Shown: positions 28,516-40,539, counted from the first letter of the stretch. The stretch is DNA of 64,000 nucleotides from Nymphaea colorata (GCF_008831285.2 NC_045138.2:1984001-2048000); one strand, 5' to 3'. Notes: a model not told the origin generated them from the sequence alone. A program made the numbers and translations.

Positions 28516-28714
28516 ATTTGCAATAATGTTTACGAAATCAGTGTTTATTATCGTCACATGTATATGCATGGGAGAACACATTGATCAACTTATTGTATCT
28601 TTTGATTGATTGGGAAGAGATGAGTTGGAGGAAAAGAAGAGACGAGGGGCAACATCGGTGGATGCAGAGCAGCATGGAATCAGTCAACCGGCGGCGCGAG
28701 AAAGATGAAGGAAG

Positions 28715-29086
28715 CTAAGGCGGGGGAGGGCCATGGGGTCGACCGTGGTAGAAGGGGTTGGGGCAGGGCGTGTCCGGCGGCCTCCCTGGCCCCAAGATGT
28801 CGTAGTCGCACTGGGCATTGCACCGATCCCATGTATCCCACCCATCCCAGAACGACTTGGGATGCGTCGCATCCAGGCAGTCCTTGGCGCACAGCCCCAC
28901 CTTCCCCAGCAACACATGCCAGAAGAACCTCTTCCAGCTCCCCTCCGGCGGCCACGTCCAATCCTTGATGAACTGCGGCCAGCACGGGAAAATCCAAAAG
29001 TGGTCGGCCCTCGCCATCTCCGGCAGCGCCGCCATCGCCAACATGGCCAGCAGCAGCACCGCCGCCGCCTTCTTCTCCGTCCCCAT
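28715..29086 (-). CDS. Intronless small secreted Trp/Pro/Cys-rich protein, copy 1 (123 aa, family unknown)
   Basis: GC-rich ORF in AT-rich surroundings. Signal peptide MGTEKKAAAVLLLAMLAMAALPEMARA (A-x-A cleavage site); the mature 96 aa contain 9 Trp and 6 Cys (CX3C-X18-CX3C). TATAAAG lies at 29175-29169, and the frame is conserved in the paralogs. Confidence 0.85.
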   Translation of the reverse strand: MGTEKKAAAVLLLAMLAMAALPEMARADHFWIFPCWPQFIKDWTWPPEGSWKRFFWHVLLGKVGLCAKDCLDATHPKSFWDGWDTWDRCNAQCDYDILGPGRPPDTPCPNPFYHGRPHGPPPP

Positions 29087-29168
29087 TTTCCCCTCGCTAA
29101 TACTGAGAGGAAGGGGGTTAGCTCAGCTGATGGCTAGCTGCGGAGAGAGCCCACCACCGCCACCCCTT

Positions 29169-29175
29169 CTTTATA
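29169..29175 (-). promoter_or_regulatory. TATA box of copy 1
   Basis: CCTATAAAG ~85 bp upstream of the ATG; conserved in copy 2 at 32649-32643. Confidence 0.6.
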
Positions 29176-30913
29176 GGAAAGCTCCCTTGCTTCCTTCCTT
29201 CGGTTTTCTTTTTTTCTTTTCAACTGATTCATTTAATTGGACACATTTAAAATCGCAATTAGTTTTATAAATTTTTAAGACACATTTAAAGATTTGAGTT
29301 GTGATCCCACAATTAAAACAGTTTGGGTTTGGTTTGAGTCCATGTTTCACTCAATTAGACTTAATGGGAATCTCTCTGCGACGGGTTAGCATTAATGAGG
29401 CTTTATTTTTCAGAAAAGAAACATAAGATTTGATACTTACAAGTAGTCGGATTATATCTTTCTCATATTTCAGTCGAATCTGATCTGACTCGGATTCTGA
29501 TTTGATTAATGACAGAAAACTGGATTAAAATCTCATTACCAAAACTCTTGTGGACTAATCCTAGTTATGGTGCATCTGCTAAGCCTAGATGGAGTTTAAT
29601 GGTAGATTAGCAATATTGTAGGTTACTCAAGTTCTCTCTGTCTCAGAGTGCCTGATGGCTGAGAAAACAAGGAGTTGTGCTACCTCTCTCTCTTGATGGG
29701 GGATGGCCGACCCAGGAACAGAAAAAGATGGGGAGTTGAATTAAAGTTTCTAAATTTTGACAAGGGTTGAAATATATTTTTCAAAAATTTTATATAAGAC
29801 AACTAAAATTTTTTAAAATTTACATCTAATTTTTTATAAAAAAAATTGAGGAGCAGCCACGGCCCTTGCAAGCCTCCCTTGGCTTCTCACCTTGACCGAC
29901 CTAACAAGGAGTTGTGCTGCATTTGTGCTGCATTTTCTTCCTCTCTCTGTTTGTTTCCATGGCTGCCAGAGCAACCGGCTGCCTTCTCTTTTTTTTTATG
30001 CTTTAAAATCTCTCTTTCTTTTTGAATTTAGGGGACTTCTTGCTCCCAAATTTTGTTACCATTTTATCAGTTCTTTATGTGTGTGTGTTGGGTATATTCT
30101 CTCTGTCTTGTTGTTCATACACATTGGCAAACAAGAGTTCACTTAGGTAAGGTACAAAAGTCGATCACCTTTGTATTAATTGTTTACATTTCAGTATTTG
30201 GGTGGAGTAGTGTCGATGAGTATGAAGTGCTCCACAGCCTGCTCGAACTATCTTATATGACCATCTTTTGTTATCTATGAAGGTTTGGGTTTCACTTGCT
30301 AGATCCGATCAAACGACTAAATTTATGTGAACTCGCTCGATTTTCAGAATCCAGTATCATAATTTTATGTTATAAATTAGATTTTATAATTGTCCAACCT
30401 CAAAGTTGTCAGATTGTTTAAAATCATTATCCTCTTATACTTGGTGCTGTTAATTCATTCAGCAGAAAGGTAAGGCATATAACATGTATATACAGATTAA
30501 TTCTCAAATTATATTTGAAAAATTGATTTCATGTCTAGAGTACACTTTATGGTGTGACAATAATGTACTGTACATATAATCCATGTGTGGACAATTACTT
30601 TATAAAAAAAATTCTAAAATACCCCTATCTCCCTTCTTTCTTTTTTTAAGTGCATATTTGGGCCGCTCCACCATCTTTGATTAGTGAAAGGAAAATGCAG
30701 AAAAATAAAAAATGAGATGCTTGCACTTCAAAAGTTGAGTCAACTCACTGCAACAGTTGCTTTGGTCATAATCAAAGACCACATTATTTCTCAAATGTTT
30801 GTTTCATCAGTAAGGCATGTTTTAGGGAACACAACTATATCTTTAACCTTCCTATGGTGCATTGTCCAAGAAGTTCATTTGATCCATATGTAATGTTTCA
30901 GTTTAGTTGAAAG

Positions 30914-31001
30914 ATGGCAGAAGAACCCAAAGTGACAATGGAGGATGCTAAGATTGGTCTATTTGAAGATGATGATGAGTTTGAAGAATTTGAATGTGAA
31001 G
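30914..31001 (+). pseudogene. DSS1: Orphan first coding exon of DSS1/SEM1 (RPN15)
   Basis: MAEEPKVTMEDAKIGLFEDDDEFEEFECE|GTAAG, preceded by a TTTCAG acceptor. FEDDDEFEEF is the DSS1/Sem1 signature. The second exon (WEDDWDDDD) was not found in the window. Confidence 0.75.
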
Positions 31002-32188
31002 GTAAGATGTGTATTGGCAAGTTTCAGTTCATTTTTTTCTGCTTTCTGCGTCATTTTGATTTTGAACAATCTACTCTGCCGGTTCCCTAGTCTGTTGTTT
31101 TAGAGAGTATGATTATATCTGTTTCATGTTACTATGATATGATGTGTGACAGTGTTACCATGTTGGGTTCTTTAACCTTCCTATGGTGCATCGTCCAAGA
31201 AGTTCATTTTATCCATATGTAATGTTTCAATTTATTTGAAAGATGGCAGAAGAACCAAGTTCTTGGTTTTTGTGCTTTTAATCCACAACCAGCTTTGCAA
31301 ATCAACGGGGCAACAAACGCTATTTGAAGACATAACATTGAAATATAGCAATTGTTTTCTGTGAAGCTTTTGATGAGAAAAAAATATTATGTTCTTGGAC
31401 ATGTTCCAAAAACACCATGTTCTTGTCCTACATCCAACAGTCAAATGTTGTACATAATTACACCATGTTTGGAGAAGAATATTATGTTTTTGAAACATGT
31501 AACTAAGAACACAATGTTCTTATCAAACGTCTACTGCCTTTTGATTCACAAATATAAGTCTTGGAAAGTACTCTGTTATGGAACATAGTGTCTGGTTTCC
31601 CCAATGACACTAGTTTTTTCCAGTGAGGTGACCCCTAAGGATGCCGGTACCTGAACAGGAGTGTCTCACATTTGATTACACAATTTTTTTAACATTTTCC
31701 TAATGTCACTTTTATCCTTTCAAAATTCTTCATTTTTTACTTTGACAGAGTTAGTCATTACGCACTCCTGTGTGTGCAGTTAACCACCCAAATGTTTTTT
31801 TCCTCCTATGTGAACTGTTTATGGCATTATTAGAGCGTAAAGTAAAAAAAAATAACACCATCAAACTGATGATAAGTGTATGCATGCTTGCCAGCCACTA
31901 TTTATGCTATTCCTCTCTAAATAGGGAAAGTTTAAATGCGTGTATATATATAAAAGATTAGAGGCTATCAAAAGAAACTTTTATATATATTTTTTGCCAT
32001 CATATGCGACATTGATATAACAAATATTATTGTCATCACATGCATATAACATTGATCAACAACTTATTGTATCTTTTGATTGATTGGGAAGAGATGAGTT
32101 GGAGGAAAAGAAGAGACGAGGGGCGACATCGGTGGATGCAGAGCAGCATGGAATCAGTCAACCGGCGGCGCGAGACAGATGAAGGAAG

Positions 32189-32560
32189 CTAAGGCGGGGG
32201 AGGGCCATGGGGTCGACCGTGGTAGAAGGGGTTGGGGCAGGGCGTGTCCGGCGGCCTCCCTGGCCCCAAGATGTCGTAGTCGCACTGGGCATTGCACCGA
32301 TCCCATGTATCCCACCCATCCCAGAACGACTTGGGATGCGTCGCATCCAGGCAGTCCTTGGCGCACAGCCCCACCTTCCCCAGCAACGCATGCCAGAAGA
32401 ACCTCTTCCAGCTCCCCTCCGGCGGCCACGTCCAATCCTTGATGAACTGCGGCCAGCACGGGAAAATCCAAAAGTGGTCGGCCCTCGCCATCTCCGGCAG
32501 CGCCGCCATCGCCAACATGGCCAGCAGCAGCACCGCCGCCGCCTTTTTCTCCGTCCCCAT
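32189..32560 (-). CDS. Intronless small secreted Trp/Pro/Cys-rich protein, copy 2 (123 aa)
   Basis: Protein identical to copy 1 except V58A (one synonymous Lys codon change also seen); same TATA box and UTRs. Confidence 0.85.
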   Translation of the reverse strand: MGTEKKAAAVLLLAMLAMAALPEMARADHFWIFPCWPQFIKDWTWPPEGSWKRFFWHALLGKVGLCAKDCLDATHPKSFWDGWDTWDRCNAQCDYDILGPGRPPDTPCPNPFYHGRPHGPPPP

Positions 32561-34654
32561 TTTCCCCTCGCTAGTACTGAGAGGAAGGGGGTTAGCTCAG
32601 CTGATGGCTACCTGCGGAGAGAGCCCACCACCGCCACCCCTCCTTTATAGGAAAGCTCCCTTGCTTCCTTCCTTCGGTTTTCTTTTTTTCTTTTCAACTG
32701 ATTCATTTAATTGGACACATTTAACATTGTCATTAATTAATTCTATTAAATTTTTGACACACTTAAAACTGTGAGTAGTGATCGTATAATTAAACAGTTC
32801 CATCGGGTGTGGGTTGTATCAGATCTTTATTATTTCATTTGAATATCGGACTCAGATTCAGATTTGATTAGTAATTGGCAACTGGATTGCAAACTCATCA
32901 CTGCATTTTGCATAAGTTAATCGGTCAGATGACTGTGATATTGTTAAACTAAATACAGATTTGGTCCGGTTCAAAACTTGGATAAGTAGGTGAATAGTAT
33001 TTGGACTTGGTCCAAGGTCCAGTCCGAGTCCGCTTACATCCCTAGATTTGGTTGTGCGGATCTTCAAACCGGCATTAATGGATGGTTTGGTATCATTAGG
33101 AGAAAGGAAAAACACCAAAAAGGCTTCCTAACGATTAATATAAAATAATACCCGTGAAAATTTTCTTAGATTGGGTGCTGTTAAAAATATGCTTAAATTT
33201 TGTGCGGTTGATGAAAAAAGATCTCTATGTTTGTTTCAAATTGGCAGTGATAGAAAAAAGAAAATTTTGACGTCCAATCAAAATAAATGCACCAAACTTT
33301 GTGAAATGTTCGTATAAACATAGCTGTAGTTTACTTTGTGTTCTTGCATTCATAAGAAAATGGCATGTGACCAGAAAATGTTCCAATAAATATATGGACA
33401 ATTAAAGAAATTATTGTATTAAAAACTAACTAATTTTCGTAAATGTGTAAACTATCTCGCGTATAATAAAGAGGAAATAAATTTTAAGGAGGCATTGGCC
33501 TTATCTAGCAAACGGTTCCCTTTAGATTCGTGGATCTAACAAACTCTAGATTGGAGAACGTATTATAGGTCTACGGTATTTCCTTTTTATTTTAAGGGTA
33601 GTTTTGTCAAGAACAATTTTTTTTTTTTTTCAAATTTCCCTCTTTCTGCATGTAAAGAAATTTGTTTTGCCATGCTTATTGATTTTAATATGAAAAAGGG
33701 TTGTTTGACAACAGGAATAGTAACATATTGTTCCATGAATTTGGATCAAACATTTCGATAGACTTATAGAACATTATGTTATTGTATTATGAATTCATCT
33801 CAATCTTTAGGACACATACATACAACAATACGTTGTTATTGTTCCTATTGCCAGATGACCCGGAAGGATGCTTGCATCTTTCAAATAGTATAGTGTCTCA
33901 TATCTTCATTACAAATAAAAAAATGCAAAGTCTAAGTATCTTAAATCACCTTGGATTTAGACGCATACCTTGATCTGGGGCTGATATAAGATCCTCAAAT
34001 CTAAGATTTGAAGGTTTAAAGACCCATGGTTCCTAAAGAGTTGGTCTCTTCGAAATCTTGGGCCTCATGTGGTTGAGGGTCCTTTGTGTTCAACCCACCC
34101 GCGCTCTACTTTTCCTTTTTTCATTCTCTCCCTCCATTGGCAAATCTCTCAATCTCTCCCCAAAAGTAAATTTCTCTTTCCTCTCTCCCTCTCTCACACA
34201 TCGAATAATTGGTAGCGCAACCGGTTGAATTGGGTGCCGTGTTAGAGCTACTTCCTCAATTCGATTTTCTAGAGGACATTATCTCAATAGTATTGAGTAG
34301 TAGTATTGATCTTGAGATTATGGGTGTCATTACGGGTTGGGTTGGGTGTCGGTTTATATTTTAGCCCCTAAAACAAGTCATTGTTATGGGCTATAAATGA
34401 AAAAGATACCTTTGGTAGTAAAATAAAAGATCCTCTATAAAAACAAATGTGAAATTTGAAAATTCATTTTTTTGTAAATGACAAAAAAAAAACCCCTTAT
34501 AAGGAAATGATAGAACACAAGTTTCCACATTACTCACCCAACTGAAATGGCCTTACTCAGTGAATATCAGGTGTAGTGGCAAGGGATATACACATGATCA
34601 TCAAAACCATTCAAGCTCGAGATATATAATTGCTAACTAACTTATTATAATTAG

Positions 34655-34894
34655 CAATCACCGAAGAGATTGGCGCAATGGACGGGGTGAGAGTTGAAAG
34701 ATGGCCAGTCTACATTTTGAATTTCTATGACAACAACTTCTTATGCTGCAAAATGGAGGGGGAGGACACCAATATGCTAATTGAAGCATAGTGGAGGGCG
34801 TCACCTTGAGGCACCAAAAGCATGTCTGGGAGGGAAGAGTGAGAGTTTCGGCTCCCTTGTTGAGTGGTAGGATGAAATGCTCCTCCTACTCAAG
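34655..34894 (+). mobile_element. tRNA-derived SINE with target-site duplication
   Basis: A-box TGGCGCAATGG at 34671-34681 and a degenerate B-box at ~34715-34725. Flanked by TAACTTATTATAATTAG (34638-34654) and TAACTTATTATAGTCAG (34895-34911). Confidence 0.6.
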
Positions 34895-34964
34895 TAACTT
34901 ATTATAGTCAGAGAAAAGTTATAAAATTGTTATATTCCTCCTTATGAAAGAAAAAGTCTATATC

Positions 34965-35972
34965 CTGTAGGATGTTCTGTAAATTGAACAACCTATACAA
35001 TTCCAAAACTATGAAACTTTATAAGGATACCATTCAATCAAGAGCATAGCCAGAAATCATAACATCAGAATACTTGGTTGCCTTTCAGAGCAAAATATGC
35101 TTTATACATTAGTTAATTACCAAGCCTGATTATCATAAAACATTAGCCCACTTCTTAATTCATGTATACATATTCTACATATTTCAATGTCCCCAACACA
35201 AGCTTGATAAGAAAATGACAAATCTCACTGAACAACCCTACTCTCTCTCTCTCTCCCTAAGATAAGGTCCATAGCCTCTCTGTTCACTTAAATATGAGCC
35301 AAGAGCTTCATTATTATGTGCACATACTTTGTGGATGTTGCGGTAGCTGCACAAAGGAAAGCAAAGATGATAAGATAATGACATTCAATCTACATAAAAA
35401 GAGAGAGAGAGAGAGAAACAGAACAAAAAGGGTTCCTGAAGTATGTAAATGTACTATAAATAGTCTATTCACTAAAGATTACATTCTGCATCATCTGTTT
35501 CTACAAAAAAACATGAAATCATTAGTGATGAAGTATATATAATTTTTTTTCAATGTGTTCCAAGGACACAATGCTCTTCTGATTACCAAGTATCCTCTTA
35601 AGAAGATGTTTGATTCTTATACCAAACTGCAAAGCACATCATGAACAAAAGTGTTACATCCTGGTGTTGTTAGGAACAATACGTTCCTGCATACTTTCGA
35701 TTGAAGTCCTTTTCTACTTAACATATAATCTTAGATCACATCACAAATTTTTACCAATAGTAGGTGCTTCTGACCCATTCATGATCCAAAGCCTCCTAAC
35801 TGAGCTGACAAACGTCCTGCAAAAAAGAAGGGAAACTTCATAAGGATAAGCACAAATCCTTACATAAGAAGTTTTTTTTTTTTGGTGTACCTATCGACTT
35901 TAAATTAATGTACAGAAAAAGGATAGTTATATACAGAAAGATGTGAAAGAATGACAGGTAGAACATGTCCGT
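34965..35972 (-). pseudogene. Inverted partial duplicate of the Aux/IAA gene (end of intron 3, exons 4-5, 3' UTR)
   Basis: Reverse complement aligns with 19746-20753. The exon 4 copy is 35816-35755 (TFVSSVRRLWIMNGSEAPTI); the exon 5 copy starts at 35346 and has a 1-bp insertion. Exons 1-3 are not present upstream. Confidence 0.88.
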
Positions 35973-36931
35973 CTTGAGTATGTGTTTTCCATCCACCCAT
36001 TCTTAAGATCATTCCAAAAAACAAAAGCAAAGGTTCTGGTTTTAGCCCCGACCTAAGTGTTTGGTTTCTACCTATATATATATATATATATAAGTGTTAC
36101 ATTGGGTTTTAATCATATTAAAGTTTTAAGTAATAAAAAAAACTTCATGTTTGTGTTTAAGAAAATAAAAAAATTCATACATGTCTACAAAATCATCAAC
36201 CAGTATTACATAATAAGAGAGTATTCTGCCCTTGGACATAACGGGCACAAGACCCCTAAACATCCAAATGTGCTAATTCAAAAGGGGATGTGAAAAATAT
36301 GTTCTTCTTCCAAAAGGTAAAGAATTTGTTTTTGCTGTAATACATTCATTACAACCAAAATTTCCCTTACACATTTCCTTTGAAAAAGGAACACAATATA
36401 TATTTCCGAAACTAGTGCAATGCAATATGTGATGCCAAAAATAAACAACAATTTTCTTAGTGATATTACAAAAAGTTAGGAGAGGTCTAAGTAATTAACA
36501 TAATCAAGATCACATCTTTTAAACCCTTTCACAGTCGTCTTGCCCAAAAGATGGTCCTGTAATCAACAACAACAGTCTTCAAACAGAGTCAAGAGTACAG
36601 GAAACCAATCTCTCACAAAGGAGACTCAACAGTATTCAACAAAACAGTCTCACAAAGCTTGCTTCAACAGCCATGCTCAAAACACTGGCTGTGTCATATA
36701 TATAGAAGAAAGACTAGTAAATAAAAAGCGAGGATAATTCTTGGACTAGTTTCAATGCTACAAAGCTATAAGTTAGGACAAGCCAACATCTAAAAAATTT
36801 CTAGTAAAAGCAAAAAAAATCACAGAAATGGGAAAAATTACATAAAATAAGGAAAAATTGAAAAAAAAATATTGGAGCCAATATATATATAAGTATGTAT
36901 GTATAGATAAATCTCATGACTGCAGTACATG

Positions 36932-37059
<128 letters not shown>

Positions 37060-38579
37060 GTGTGTGTGTGTGTATATATAGAATATAGCGTTGACACAAC
37101 CTTACTGTGCATCAGATTTTTGTGGTGATGTTTTGCTTCAAAGAACCTGACTTTTGAAATTAAAATATAAAGGAGGCATTAAGGATCTAATTTAGAGCGC
37201 ACATTTTGTAAAAAATGGCTGATTCCCCCCAAACAAGCATCCCCATTTCTTCCGAAAGAAAAGCTGTTCATGGACCTTCAACTCACCAATGCATTGTGGC
37301 TTTCCATCTCATTTGATCTCACCTAACCTACTACCGTGACTGAAATCAAGCACTGAAGCATCTTATTGGCCTCTTCTGTGTTATCTTCCTCATAAAACGC
37401 CTTGGCCCAACGCAACTAAGGAAGAGGGCACAGTCTGAAATTTCTTTGTTACTGTTGCTGTAATTTGTGGATCAATATCAAACTGAAGAAGTATACGAAT
37501 TTTCTATGGCAGACAATGAACCGTGTATTTGATCATGCAATAATATGGCATGATGTCTGCTAATAGTTTGCAGAATTTCCCACTAGTTTCAAGACATAAG
37601 AAATTATTTATGCCCACAAAGACATCGTTTGATATGAGATTGCATGATGATGGTTGTATTATTGTTTTAGCCACTAATTAAAGATCTACAATTGTTGTGT
37701 GCTGATGGGATTGAAATGTTCGACACTTCTAAAAAGAATACTTAACAAATGTGGGTAGTATTACTTTATACAAAATATAAACAACTCGAACTAATGAAGA
37801 TGCAAAAACTTTGAATAATCCTATAATTTCAAACTTAATCTAAGTTATTTAATACTCATTGCATTTAAGATAATCATTGTTGCCCTCAAATAATGAAAAG
37901 GGAAACATTGCAACCAACAACCAACAATTAGAAAGATAGGCATACCTCTGCAGCACGATGCTAAGAGCTCTGGTGCATGAGGATGTTTTGTGAAGTCCAT
38001 GCATGTATGGTTTTGCGATGTCCACAATTCATGATGGTAACCCCTTTGAATGGAAGGAGGTTCCACCTTCCAAGGAAAGGGTTAAGCCTCCCCCTTCTCA
38101 TTCATCTCGTTTCAAGGTCTGTTTTTTGTACTTCGGGAGTAACACTCTTAATGTGCTTCAGCCTGTGTATCGGTGCCCTTCTGTTTAAGGCACAAGAGGA
38201 TGACAGTCTGAAATTCAAATCAGCGACTGGCTGCCTACCAGCTACTGGCCTAAGCTGTTGTACCAACCTCTTTAGAGAGAGAAAGAGATTACATGTTCAA
38301 CATTGCTCAAAATGGTTCCAACAGGATGCTGGAACGAACAAAGAGAACTCATACACACAAAGAGGGGAGAAGGAGAGAAAGCCGATAAAATGGGAATACA
38401 TAACAAAATTGGATAACAAGAAGTCACTAAATATACAAGAGAAATGCTAATAACATTTTTGGTCCTCTAACAGGATGTTAAGAGAGCAAAAACACACATT
38501 AAAAATGTTGGAATGGTGCCAACAAGATGTTGGGTTGGGTTAAACAAAGCTCATACAGACAAAGTAGAGAGGGAGTGGG

Positions 38580-39620
38580 AGAGAGAGAGGACACACACAC
38601 ACGAGAGGGTCCGAGCAAGAATGCCCGTGGCCCACTCCCCAAGAAAAAGAAAAAAAATATTAAATAATTTGGCACTGCCTCAAACACACGACCTCAACAA
38701 CACATGCCAAAGCCAGGCATCCCCTCATCCCCAGACATACGTCCTCAACATCTTAATGACAGTCATATCTACAAACAACCCTTAGGAACAATAGATCGCC
38801 ATTTCCCAGGAACCAAACAAGGACGCCGATCGCTACATCTTACACAGGCAAAACGAAGCCTCCAGTAGTAAAGCAATGGACCCTGAATATAGAGTAACGA
38901 AATCCAGTATAAATAGACAAGACTTCAAAAACAAAATAACTCTTATGGAACCTATTAACATATGCGAATATTAATCTGCCAATCTGCAAATACCTGAACG
39001 CAAATAGGGTGAAGCAACCCATTCAGGTGTCGGAAAATAAGAACAGCCGACCGCCCAACACAAAAGCTTGCAGATCTGCAAAGACCTGAATGCAAACAAG
39101 GTAAAGCAACCCATTGAAGAACAGCCGAGCCGTCAACCAACAAAAATGAAAAAAAAAAAAAGGCTAAATTCCTACCGAGTACAAGAAGGAAGAAAACTGA
39201 AGAGTTTGCAGATGTATTAGACGGCGATTGTAGCAGCAAGATCACCAGCCAGGGGAGTCCTAAGAGTTCTTAAGAATTATTCTTTGGATGAATGTTTCCA
39301 TTCTTCTGAAGACGATTCCAAAGGCAGGTCATAGCGGCTGTTCTCCCCAACCTGCAAATGAATGGACATTGTGGCAGTCATTCGGCTTGGGAAATTCCAA
39401 AGGTCAAGCTGCTCAATATAACGGCAAATATCATGATCGAGCAGCCAATGCAGCAACTCCAAGAGAAGATCATCAAAATCTCCACGTACATGCTTGCAAA
39501 GGCCTTAGCCGCAACTCCCATCAAGCAACATCTTCCTATGGATAAGCGTGGTGAGCCGCCAAGATCACTTGCTCCCAACGCCACAAGGACCAAACAAGTT
39601 AGTTTACCTTACCGTGCGTG
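38580..39620 (-). mobile_element. Decayed non-LTR element 3' part with (TC)n tail; second copy at ~52220-52630
   Basis: Shared blocks GAGGGTCCG.GCAAGAA and TCCAGTATAAATAG..AAGACTTCA.AAA in both places; both end against a GA-rich run on the + strand. Confidence 0.55.
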
Positions 39621-40409
39621 ATTATGAACAGAAGAACAAGAACTGCAACTATATATATGTTGAACAGATTTATCATGCACGATTATAAACAGGAGAAAAA
39701 AAAAAGGATGCCCAAGTGCAACTCCATGTTCGAGATCTTTATCATTCCTGATTATAAACTGAAGAAGGAAATTGAATCGAAGTGCAATTTCACGTTGAGA
39801 AGCATATCTATCATCGTTACTATGTGTGCTACCACATGCCCTAAAATATAATCAAATGTTCTCGAAACCAATGAAGATGCAAGAAGTCTGAATAATCATA
39901 CGATTTCAAACTTATCCTAAATCATTAAATACTCATTGCACATAAATCAGTGCACTCTCAACTAAGTCAGATTGCAACCATCAATTAGAAGCACACGCAT
40001 ACCTGTAAACGAAGACGTGATGAAATGTGCTGAACTTGAGAAGTTTGGAGAAGTATGTGTAGGGTCCTGCGATGGCCACAACTAGCGATGGTATTACACC
40101 CGAATGAAAGGAGGTCCCACCATTCGAGCGAAGACTGAAGTCTCCCTTCCTTGTCCGATGTTCCAAGGTCCAATGTTGCTTTTGATGACTAAGGAGTGAC
40201 ACTCCAAATGTATTTCAACTTATGCACTGATGTGACGCCTCTCGCACTTGAACTAGCTACTTGCCACTGACCCAAGTCATTACACCAACGCCCTCAGCAA
40301 AATTTTCGATCGTTTTCATCTATCACAAGATATTAAAGAGAGAGAGAGAGAGAGAGAGAGGTGCCCCAAATACAAATACAATTCAACTTAGCATTAAAGG
40401 CTTCCTGTT

Positions 40410-40539
40410 TGCAGCACATGGAGATGACACTCATGACACTTGGAATAGGGACTGGCCGCCTACCAGCCGCTAATCCAAAAGCCATTGCATCAACCCCCTT
40501 GAAGTTATTCATGATGGTAATCAGTTGGCAATAGCCATT

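Noticed and set aside
28742..28783. CLE-like look of RPPDTPCPNPFYH near the C-terminus
   Set aside because: Spacing does not fit the 12-aa CLE consensus, and the precursor is Cys/Trp-rich, unlike CLE precursors.
28680..29270. Multiple overlapping ORFs on both strands over the secreted-protein genes (also 32154-32774 and 25168-25564)
   Set aside because: Expected by-product of a GC-rich, stop-poor CDS. Only the 123-aa frame has a signal peptide, an upstream TATA box and a conserved Cys pattern.
28715..32560. Burpitide (BURP-cyclised RiPP) precursor or horizontally acquired gene
   Set aside because: There are no repeated core/recognition motifs and no BURP-domain gene in the window. High GC in short intronless genes is common in angiosperms and is not evidence of transfer.
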